Position numbers and translations under genes: made by a program. From Acidobacteriota bacterium (lineage in GTDB: Bacteria; Acidobacteriota; UBA6911; RPQK01; JAJDTT01), in contig OZ253580.1 of assembly GCA_965263035.1 (NCBI GenBank), positions 2,720,001 through 2,784,000 of the forward strand: 64,000 nucleotides of DNA, in the 5' to 3' direction. The notes under the pieces are model-generated. The model was not told where the DNA came from. It saw nothing but the letters and a program-made list of their open reading frames with translations, and searched no databases. Below, in pieces: positions 23,934-32,279 of this stretch. Each line of letters starts with the position of its first letter. Position 1 is the stretch's first letter.

Positions 23934-25565
23934 TCACTCCAACTCGAAGCTGAAGAGCGCGCTCCCGGCGGTGATGGCCAGGTGTTGCTTGCCCTGGTTC
24001 AGGTAGGTGATGGGATTGGTGGCGATCATGCCTCCCAGTGGAGCCACCCAGAGCTCCTCCCCGGTGCGGGCGTCCAGAGCGAAGAACTGGCCGTCGGTGG
24101 TGCCTCCGAAGGCGAGGTCCCCGGCGGTGGTGAGGACACCGGACCAGGGCACGGTCAGCAGGGGATACTCCCACTTGAGCTCGCCCGTCTCCGGGACCAG
24201 GGCCCGGATCGCTCCCCTTCCCGGCGGCTCTTCGGACGCTCCCTGAATCAGCCCGCCCCAGTAGGGAAGCCCCGGCGTGTAGTCGGCCTCGCCCTTGTAA
24301 AAGTAGTTGGGCAATTCCCAGACCGGTACGTAGAAAAGGCCGGTTCGCGGACTGTAGGACGGCGAGTACCAGTTGGTCCCCCCCTGGACTCCGGGGTAGA
24401 CCAGCGTTCCTTCCTCAGTAGGCTCCATGTTCGGGACCCGGACCGGACGGCCATTATCATCGATCCTGTCCGCCCAGGTCACCTTCACGTATTTCTTGCC
24501 CAGGAGAAACTCTCCGGAGGTCCGATCCAGAACGTAGAAGAATCCGTTCCGGTTGGCGAAGTACATGAGCTTTCGCTGGGCGCCGCCGAATTCGCCGTCC
24601 ACCAGCACCGGGATCTGCACCGAGTCCCAATCGTGCACGTCATGGGGAGTGAACTGGAAATACCAACGCAACTTTCCGGTATCGGCTTCCACGGCCACGA
24701 CCGAAGAAGCGTACAGGTTGTCCCCCAACCGAACGTCGCCGTTCCAGTCGGGCGCAGGATTCCCCGTGCCCCAGTAGATGAGGTCCAGTTCCGGATCGTA
24801 GGAACCTGTGATCCAGGTCGGTGCGCCACCCTGCTTCCACGAGTCCCCGGACCAGGTCTCGTTCCCCGGTTCGCCGGGACCCGGAATGGTGTAGAAACGC
24901 CAGGCCCTCTTGCCCGTGGCGGCGTCGTAGGCGTCCAGAAATCCCCGGATCCCGTATTCCCCGCCCGAGATGCCCACTATGATCTTGTCCTTCACGGCCA
25001 GCGGCGCCACCGTGATGCTGTAACCCTCGCTGTATTCGGCCACCTTCGCCTTCCAGGCGACGGCGCCCGTCTTGGCGTCCAGGGCCACCAGTTGGGCGTC
25101 CAGCGTGCCCAGATAGACCCGGCCGTTCAATACAGCCATGCCCCGGTTCACCCGTCCGCAGCAGACGCTGGTGCGTTCCGGCAGTTTGTGCCGGTACTCC
25201 CAGTAGGGCCGCCCCGTCCGAACGTCCAAGGCCAGAGCGTCACTCGGGGGCTGGGTCACGTACATGACGCCGTTGACCACCAGAGGTGTCGTCTCCACCT
25301 TCTCCAGGCTCTTGAATTGGAACACCCAGTCGAGACTCAGGCGGTGGACATTGGTGGTGTCGACCTGGTCCAGACGACTGTAGCGCCAACTCCGGTAGCC
25401 GCCGGAGTAGGTGAGCCAGTGCCCCGGCAGTTGGTCCGCCGTCAGCAGTTCGTCGTGGGTCACCTCTCCCGAGAGGACCGCCGCTTCCTGTCTGGGAACC
25501 GTTTCTCCAGGCTGGCAGGCCACCACCAGCAACAGCACCAACCAGATCGCCGAATGCCGCTTCAT
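23934..25565 (-). CDS. PQQ-dependent alcohol dehydrogenase family lipoprotein
   Basis: Lipobox VVAC, vicinal CC (VCCGRVNRG), GGEYG, WGTGNP, TPHDVHDWD, GGTNW, Trp-docking repeats. Confidence 0.93.
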   Translation of the reverse strand: MKRHSAIWLVLLLVVACQPGETVPRQEAAVLSGEVTHDELLTADQLPGHWLTYSGGYRSWRYSRLDQVDTTNVHRLSLDWVFQFKSLEKVETTPLVVNGVMYVTQPPSDALALDVRTGRPYWEYRHKLPERTSVCCGRVNRGMAVLNGRVYLGTLDAQLVALDAKTGAVAWKAKVAEYSEGYSITVAPLAVKDKIIVGISGGEYGIRGFLDAYDAATGKRAWRFYTIPGPGEPGNETWSGDSWKQGGAPTWITGSYDPELDLIYWGTGNPAPDWNGDVRLGDNLYASSVVAVEADTGKLRWYFQFTPHDVHDWDSVQIPVLVDGEFGGAQRKLMYFANRNGFFYVLDRTSGEFLLGKKYVKVTWADRIDDNGRPVRVPNMEPTEEGTLVYPGVQGGTNWYSPSYSPRTGLFYVPVWELPNYFYKGEADYTPGLPYWGGLIQGASEEPPGRGAIRALVPETGELKWEYPLLTVPWSGVLTTAGDLAFGGTTDGQFFALDARTGEELWVAPLGGMIATNPITYLNQGKQHLAITAGSALFSFELE

Positions 25566-25574
25566 GGACGCTAG

Positions 25575-25733
25575 CAGTCCGTGGTGAAAGTCCCACGCAG
25601 CACCGAGACCGGGGCTGCGCCCGCCGGACAAGGCGCTCTGAGGGAGCATACTGGGAGTATGTGACCGAGGAGCAACGCAGTCCGCCGGGATGCAGACCCG
25701 GTCGAATGCCGTGATGACTTTTGCCACGGGCTG
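25575..25733 (+). mobile_element. 159-bp hairpin MITE-like element, copy A
   Basis: Ends CAGTCCGTGGTGAAAGTC / GACTTTTGCCACGGGCTG; flanks CTAG/CTAA. Confidence 0.9.
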
Positions 25734-26543
25734 CTAATCCCTTCTCAATGAGGCCAGGTAGGCCACCAGGTCGTCGACCTCCGCCTCGGTGAGATCGCCT
25801 TGAAAGGTCGGCATGGACGAGACCTGCCCCCTGCGAATCTCTTTCAGGAGCTTCTTGGAATAGGAGAGGAGGCGCTCTTCCTCGTCCATGACCTGGACGG
25901 AATAGCTGTCTTCGTTCAGAACCACCCCCTGGACGGAATTTCCATCGGCCAGGGTGAGGGTGACCGGCCAGTAGCGGCGGGTCCCGTCCACGAAGGCTTC
26001 GGCCGTGTTGCCGATCTCGGCGCTGGGTTCCAGGATGGACTCCCGCAGGAAACTGGGAGACCGCTTCCAGCCCACCTCGCTCAAGTCGGGACCGAGACGT
26101 CCTCCCTGTCCATTGACCATGTGACAGCGGGAGCAGTCCCCTTGCTCCTCGAAGATGATCCTGCCCTTGGCGGCGTCGCCGCGGAGCTTCTCGGGCTCGG
26201 AACGCCGATCCAGGGACCGCAGAAAGGAGACCAACTGCCAGACCTGCCGGTCGGTGAATCGGTGGGGCGCCATGCTGGTCCCGGGGATCCCCTGGCTGAC
26301 GATGCGGAACAGGGCCGAATCGCTGTTGCCATGGCGATACTCGGAACGGGTCAGGTCAGGACCCGTTTCTCCGGTGGCGTCCAGGGCATGGCAGATGGAG
26401 CAATGGTTCCGGAAGTTCCGGGCGCCGTTCTTCACGTCGGCGGCCGAAGTGTAAGGGTTCGGGACGGCCGACTGTTGCGCCGGGGAATCCTGTGCCAGGG
26501 TCAGGATCAGCAAGCCGGCAGCCAGGATGAATCTTTTTTCCAA
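25734..26543 (-). CDS. Diheme c-type cytochrome with putative heme-binding domain
   Basis: Signal peptide; CSICH and CSRCH; GPDL, SSMP, DLVAYL. Confidence 0.9.
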   Translation of the reverse strand: MEKRFILAAGLLILTLAQDSPAQQSAVPNPYTSAADVKNGARNFRNHCSICHALDATGETGPDLTRSEYRHGNSDSALFRIVSQGIPGTSMAPHRFTDRQVWQLVSFLRSLDRRSEPEKLRGDAAKGRIIFEEQGDCSRCHMVNGQGGRLGPDLSEVGWKRSPSFLRESILEPSAEIGNTAEAFVDGTRRYWPVTLTLADGNSVQGVVLNEDSYSVQVMDEEERLLSYSKKLLKEIRRGQVSSMPTFQGDLTEAEVDDLVAYLASLRRD

Positions 26544-26615
26544 AACGGTCCTAACGTTGCATTTGTCCTATCCGAACGCCTGCCGGAAGTCAAGATGCAG
26601 GACGGAAAAGAAAAA

Positions 26616-26640
26616 GGGCGCCCACAAGGGGCACCCCTAC
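26616..26640 (-). repeat. GTAG-type REP palindrome
   Basis: Minus strand GTAGGGGTGCCCCTTGTGGGCGCCC: GTAG foot plus GC hairpin. Confidence 0.65.
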
Positions 26641-26723
26641 AATTTCCCTGGAAGAGGGTCAGTTATTGTCTATCTATGATAAAAACTGTGTCCGTATTTA
26701 CTATTGATAGGAAATCTCCCCTC

Positions 26724-27767
26724 TTATGGAAATCTATCGGTGAGGATCTTCCGGGCCTGGATCCTGGCCTTCTCCAGCACGTCCTGCAGGCGTACCGGCG
26801 CTCCGCCCCGCCGCTTGCTCTCATCGGCCGCTTCCATGAAGACGTAGATTTCCAGCGTCGTGGCAGGATCGACGGGTGGAACGCGGGTCTCGAAGAACTC
26901 CACGATCCGGGCGACCAGGGGAGGATATCCGCTGAAGCCTCCCAGCGGCGCGATCGCGTCACTCCCGAAGACGGTCCCGCCGTATCCTCGCTTCCCGGAC
27001 CGCCGCCCGTGGAAGGTTCCAAGCCGGCCGCCGGACCATCTTCCCACCACCACGTCGCCTCCCGGCGTGTTCATCCGGCTCAGCTCCACGCAGCCGGGAC
27101 CCATGACGGTGTAGAGAAACTCCACCCCATGGATGCCGTACCAGAAGAGATCGGGGTGATTCGGCTCCATGACCGCCGGACTGTAGGCATCGCACGCCAG
27201 GATCTTCCCCACCTTCCCCTTGACCACTTCCTGAACCCCGGCGGCATAGCGCAGGGCGGAAGAGGAGAAGACGGGAGTCCCGTAGCGTTTCGAGAGCTCG
27301 TAGATCGCCACCACGTCCGCCAGGGTTCCGGCCACCGGTTTGTCGATGAAGACCGGCTTGCCGGCCTTCAGGACCGGTGCGGCCTGCTCCAGGTGGGGAC
27401 GCCCGTCGTTGGTCTCCAGCAGGACCACGTCCACTTTTTCCAGGAGCGCCTCGATGCTGGGAACGATCTCCACGCCCATCTCCCGGACCCGGCGCGTGTA
27501 TTCCGGGACCCGCCGCACGCTCGACTCGATGTCGCGGCTCCCCTGGGGATACGCGGCCACCACCCGGCAGCCCGGAACGTGGCCCTCGTCCTCGGGATGG
27601 TTGAGGATCCGGGTGAAGTGAACGGCATGGGACGTGTCGAGGCCGATGATCCCGGCTCGAAGCGGGGCGGCGCGCACTCCGCCATCTGCCGACGCCGTAA
27701 GGAAGAGGAGCAGAACCAGGAGCGCGGAACCGATTCGAGCCGAGTTGACTCCGCGTATGAGCCGCAT
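26724..27767 (-). CDS. Exported Gfo/Idh/MocA family oxidoreductase
   Basis: Signal-like N-terminus; GIIGLDTSH, PVFIDKP, FSSSALRY, FWYGIHGVE. Confidence 0.88.
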   Translation of the reverse strand: MRLIRGVNSARIGSALLVLLLFLTASADGGVRAAPLRAGIIGLDTSHAVHFTRILNHPEDEGHVPGCRVVAAYPQGSRDIESSVRRVPEYTRRVREMGVEIVPSIEALLEKVDVVLLETNDGRPHLEQAAPVLKAGKPVFIDKPVAGTLADVVAIYELSKRYGTPVFSSSALRYAAGVQEVVKGKVGKILACDAYSPAVMEPNHPDLFWYGIHGVEFLYTVMGPGCVELSRMNTPGGDVVVGRWSGGRLGTFHGRRSGKRGYGGTVFGSDAIAPLGGFSGYPPLVARIVEFFETRVPPVDPATTLEIYVFMEAADESKRRGGAPVRLQDVLEKARIQARKILTDRFP

Positions 27768-27774
27768 AAAAAGG

Positions 27775-27849
<75 letters not shown>

Positions 27850-27858
27850 TCGCTGACC

Positions 27859-27867
27859 ATTCTAGCA
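27859..27867 (-). promoter_or_regulatory. Extended -10 of the tRNA promoter
   Basis: TGcTAGAAT 9 nt upstream of the tRNA 5' end. Confidence 0.5.
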
Positions 27868-27919
27868 CCCGGCGGAAAGAATGGAATGGCGGGACCCGGC
27901 TCAAACGGGCACACCCATT

Positions 27920-29563
27920 CTAATTTGAACTCGACCTTTGGGCCACGACCAGGTCCTGGTCGTCGATGATGGTGTTCATGGCCTGCCGCAACCTGGTCAG
28001 CGCAAGTTGATAGTCGATCTGGGAGCGCAGTTCCACGAGACGGGCCTCGGCCACGTCACGCTGGTACTGCAGGAGCTCGAAGTTGGTGGAGAGTCCGGCC
28101 TTGAACCGTTTGGTTTCCAGCTCCAACTGCTCCTGGGCGAAGCGCACCGCCAGAGCGGACATGTCCAGTTCCCGCTTCTGAATGCCGAGACGTTCATAGG
28201 CGTTACGGACCTCCTCCACGATGAGCTGCTCCTGCTCCCGGTGCTGGTGCCGGAGACGGCGCTGGGCAATGGCGGTCTCCGCAAGAAGGCCTTCGTTGCG
28301 GCGATTTCTCAAGGGGATCTCCACATCGACGAAGATCTCGTAGGAAATGTAGTCGAACCCCAGCGCCTGTCCCATGGAATTGCCGAAGTTGCCGTAGAAC
28401 GGGTTCGTCGGATCCGGCTCGCGAGTCAGGGCGCCGAAGAAATCCACGTTCTTGAAGACCTGTCCCGACCGGCCGTACGAACCGACGTTGGCTATCAGAT
28501 TGACTCTGGGCTTTCCCTCCTTCCTGTAGAAATCCCTGTCGATCCGATTCTGCTCCACCTCCAGGTTCAGGCGCTCCAACTCGGGACGGCGCTTCAGAGC
28601 CTGTCCGATGGCCTCTTCCAGCGTGATGCCCACGGGTCGAATCCGAGGCCGATCCGTTGGAATCAACCTCAAATTCCAAAGGGGGGCCGAACGATCGGAG
28701 GTCAGAATCCGCTTCAGGGCGTTCTGACGAATGACGATCTGGACCTCCGCCTGAATCGTGACCTGCTCCCGCTTGGAGACTTCCGCCCGGGTCCGGCTGA
28801 CCTCCATGGGAGCCGAGATGCCCACCGCCACCCTGCGCTTGTTGAGCTCGTGCTGCAGGACGGCCTGTTCCCGCGACTGGCGGCGCGTCTCGTGGTTGTC
28901 GATGGCCGAAACCAGTTCCCAATACTCGTTCTGGAGGCGCAAGACGATGTCCGACACCCTCTCTTCGAACTGGCTCTCGTTGATGCGGCGGTCCAAGTTG
29001 TAGAGCTTCAACTGCCGTTCGGTCTGAGTCTCCCGGAATCCTCGCCACAGGGGTTGGGTGAAGGAGAAGTTGAAGTAGGACTCGAAGTTGGGATTGATGA
29101 TGGAAAAAAGACTGTTGGTGGAGTTGCGAACGTTGTTCAGGGTCAGCTGGAGGGCGCCGCCGCCTTTGACCGGCTGTTGAACCGACGTGTTGAGGTTGAG
29201 CCCGCGCCGAATTGACGTGGGGGTGTTGCGGCCCGCATCCAGAATGCTGGTGGACGGCCACTCGTTGGAACTCCAGCCCGTGGAGAAGCTGAGCACCGGG
29301 TCGTAGTCGCCGCGAGTCTGGAATATCCGTTGTTCGGTCAGGTCTTCATTGAAATCCTCGATGGCGATCTCCAGGTTGTTGGTCAGCGCGAGCCGGACGG
29401 CCTCCTTCAAGGAGAGATCCAGGTATCTTTCCTCGCTTCGAACCCGTTCCACATACGGTCTGGTGGAAGGAAATTCCTGGTCCGGCTCGGAAGAACCTTC
29501 GATCGGACATAGTCCGACCCAGAGGACGACCAGGCCGGAAACGGGAGGGCGAAAGGCAATCAT
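27920..29563 (-). CDS. TolC family outer membrane protein
   Basis: LSLKEAVRLALTNNLEI, ALKRRPEL, RFKAGLSTNFELLQYQ; divergent from the adaptor genes. Confidence 0.9.
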   Translation of the reverse strand: MIAFRPPVSGLVVLWVGLCPIEGSSEPDQEFPSTRPYVERVRSEERYLDLSLKEAVRLALTNNLEIAIEDFNEDLTEQRIFQTRGDYDPVLSFSTGWSSNEWPSTSILDAGRNTPTSIRRGLNLNTSVQQPVKGGGALQLTLNNVRNSTNSLFSIINPNFESYFNFSFTQPLWRGFRETQTERQLKLYNLDRRINESQFEERVSDIVLRLQNEYWELVSAIDNHETRRQSREQAVLQHELNKRRVAVGISAPMEVSRTRAEVSKREQVTIQAEVQIVIRQNALKRILTSDRSAPLWNLRLIPTDRPRIRPVGITLEEAIGQALKRRPELERLNLEVEQNRIDRDFYRKEGKPRVNLIANVGSYGRSGQVFKNVDFFGALTREPDPTNPFYGNFGNSMGQALGFDYISYEIFVDVEIPLRNRRNEGLLAETAIAQRRLRHQHREQEQLIVEEVRNAYERLGIQKRELDMSALAVRFAQEQLELETKRFKAGLSTNFELLQYQRDVAEARLVELRSQIDYQLALTRLRQAMNTIIDDQDLVVAQRSSSN

Positions 29564-29779
29564 GATTGAACTCCTTGCGTAGCTGTTGCATCTTCAAACC
29601 AGAGGTTCGTTTCCGTTAGAGATGCATTCAAAGTCCATAAGGATCGGCCGGTCCCGGTTGGGGTCGGGCTCGCGGCCGGATTTCAGAGGGGAGCCGCGGA
29701 CCGGGAAGACGTGTTCCCGGGCGGCGCTCCCTGATTACATATTATCGCCCAGACCCTTCTCCATCCGGGCAAAGCGTTC

Positions 29780-32098
29780 ATGAGACACACCCCCTTGCCG
29801 TTGGTTCTTCTGTTCTGCACGGTCCCGCTCTGGGCCAATGACACGGAAGGGTCCACCCGTAGAGGCACGGTGGAGAGACGAACCTTCGTCAAGTTCGTGA
29901 CCCTCACCGGGGAACTCAAGGCCAGCGAATCCCTCATCGTGTACTCGCCCCGCATACCCCAACAATGGAACCTGACATTGGGTCATTTGGCGGCTCAGGG
30001 ATCGGCGGTCCGGAAGGGCGATCTGCTGGTGAAATTCGATGGCTCCGGTCTGGAGACCGAACGTCTGGACCTGGAGAAGAAACGCGAGGAAGCCCGCCTC
30101 AAGATCGCCCGCAAGGAGGCGGAGGTCGGGTCCAAACGGCAGGAGCAACTTCTGCTCAAGGCGACCGCCGAAAAAGAATTGAAGGTCGCCCTGATCTACT
30201 CCGAGATTCCACCGGATCTCGTCCCTCGCGAAGATTCTGCCAGATACAAGTACGACGTCTCGCAGGCCAGGATCAAGCTCGAAAAAGCCGACCAGCAACT
30301 CGCCGGCCAGAAGGAGACCGGACTGGCCGAACTGGAGGTTCTCGAACTCGACTACCAACGGGCCGATCTGCAACTCAAACAGCTGCTTCAGGCTATGGAT
30401 CGGCTCACGGTCCGGGCCCCCACCTCCGGACTGGCCGTCCGAGCGCGACATTACCGGGAAGAGCGAAAGCTCCAGACGGGAGACTCGGTTTTTGGAGGGT
30501 ATCCGGTAGTGATGCTCCCCAACCTGGAAAACCTGGAAGTTGCCGCCGTCGTCTACGATTCCGATCTTGCTCTGTTACAGGAAGGATTGAAGGCCGAGGT
30601 GATCCTGGACGCCTATCCTTCCCGCCCCTTCCGCGGCCGCGTGCAGCGGGTCTCGGAGGCGGCAAAGTCCAAGTCGTGGAGATCCCAACATAAGGTCTTC
30701 GAGGCCCGGGTGTCTCTACTGGAAACGGATCTGGACATCATGAAGCCGGGAATGACGGCTCGAGTGAGGATTCCGGTTCCCGTCGGCGAGCGGCTGACGG
30801 TACCCCGGGAGGCGCTCCACCTGGACCCCGATGGTGAGGTTTTCGCGCGGGATGAGCTGGGCCGGAAGCTGCCGTTGCAGATCCTGGATACGACGGACCG
30901 CTGGGTGGCTGTGGCCGGACTGGATGCCGGACAGAAACTCCTCCTGAACTCCGATGCGGGCCCGAGTCGACAATCGGAGGGGGATTGGATCCGGATGAAA
31001 CGGGAGGATTTTACGCTCACCGTACCCGGCAACGGGGTACTCAAGGCAGCTTTGGCGACCTTGATTCGGTCCCCGGTTCTTCCCCACACCTGGCGTCACA
31101 AGATCACCCATATGGCGCCCGAAGGAAGCTCAGTCGAAAAAGGCGAAGTTGTGGTGCGATTGGATCCCACGGAAGTCGAGAAGAAATTGCGTGAGGAATC
31201 GGCCAACGTCGAGAAGGCCCGGGAGGAGTACGAGAAGACGAAGGCGTCATTGGAGCTGGCGGCCCGGGATCTGGATCTGGAGTTGGAAGAAGCCCGGGCC
31301 GATGCCCAGAAGAAGGAAAAACAACTGGATCAAGCCAGAGAATTTCAATCGATCCTCGACGTCAAGAAGGCAGACTACGAGGCGGAGTTGGCTCGTCGAA
31401 AGGTTGAGACTCTGGAGTTGCGGCGGAGGTTCGTGAAGCAGGACGCCGACCTGCAGCTCAAGATCCTGCAAGACAGCCGGCGGCTTTATGAAGAGAGAGC
31501 CTCTCATCATCGAAAATCGATCCAGGCCATGGAAATCGTTTCCCCCCGGGCCGGCACCGTCCTCTACCAGAGGAACTGGCGCAACGAGCCGGTGCGGGTC
31601 GGAAGTGATGTGTATATGGGCAGCACCATCATGAGTCTTCCCGACCTGTCGAGCCTGATGGTGGAAGCGCGGGTCGCGGAAATCGACGCCGGAAAAGTCC
31701 GCGTCGGCCAAGAGGTCAGAGTCGACCTGGACGCGATTCCGGACCGGACTTTCAAGGGAAGAATCGCGTCGGTGGCCACCCTCTTCTCTCCGGCCAGCTT
31801 CGATCGGCCCATGAAGGTGCTGGACCTCACAGTGGAGCTGGAGCGCGTGGACCAGGACAGGATGCGTCCGGGTATGGCAACCCGGATCCAGATCGTCGTC
31901 AACCACTTCCAGGATGTTCTGACCTTGCCCCTGTCGGTCATTCAGACGGAGAACGGCGAGTCCTTCGTCTGGGTGAAGCAGGACGGTGGACCGGTCAAGC
32001 GGTCCATCAAGTTGGGTCGAGACAACGGTGTCGTCGCCGTGGTCAAGGAAGGGCTGTCGGAGGGAGAGGAGGTCGCCAATGTGCCGGATGCCGGGTAA
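29780..32098 (+). CDS. Tandem (double) periplasmic adaptor / HlyD-MacA family protein
   Basis: Two adaptor units: QGSAVRKGDLLVKFD...RAPTSG...KPGMTAR and EGSSVEKGEVVVRLD...SPRAG...RPGMATR. Confidence 0.88.
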   Translation: MRHTPLPLVLLFCTVPLWANDTEGSTRRGTVERRTFVKFVTLTGELKASESLIVYSPRIPQQWNLTLGHLAAQGSAVRKGDLLVKFDGSGLETERLDLEKKREEARLKIARKEAEVGSKRQEQLLLKATAEKELKVALIYSEIPPDLVPREDSARYKYDVSQARIKLEKADQQLAGQKETGLAELEVLELDYQRADLQLKQLLQAMDRLTVRAPTSGLAVRARHYREERKLQTGDSVFGGYPVVMLPNLENLEVAAVVYDSDLALLQEGLKAEVILDAYPSRPFRGRVQRVSEAAKSKSWRSQHKVFEARVSLLETDLDIMKPGMTARVRIPVPVGERLTVPREALHLDPDGEVFARDELGRKLPLQILDTTDRWVAVAGLDAGQKLLLNSDAGPSRQSEGDWIRMKREDFTLTVPGNGVLKAALATLIRSPVLPHTWRHKITHMAPEGSSVEKGEVVVRLDPTEVEKKLREESANVEKAREEYEKTKASLELAARDLDLELEEARADAQKKEKQLDQAREFQSILDVKKADYEAELARRKVETLELRRRFVKQDADLQLKILQDSRRLYEERASHHRKSIQAMEIVSPRAGTVLYQRNWRNEPVRVGSDVYMGSTIMSLPDLSSLMVEARVAEIDAGKVRVGQEVRVDLDAIPDRTFKGRIASVATLFSPASFDRPMKVLDLTVELERVDQDRMRPGMATRIQIVVNHFQDVLTLPLSVIQTENGESFVWVKQDGGPVKRSIKLGRDNGVVAVVKEGLSEGEEVANVPDAG

Positions 32099-32279
32099 GG
32101 AATTCGATCCCTGCCGACAACAACGGGAAGCCAACAAGCCCCCTCCGCACCGCACGGACCCTACAGGATGGGGGTTCGCTACAAGATCCAACGTTCAGCG
32201 ATTCTACCGACCTACTCGCGATGGCCCCCAAGCGGTGCCATATTATAGGGTAGCGCGAGCAAGAACGCGTATCGATTTC

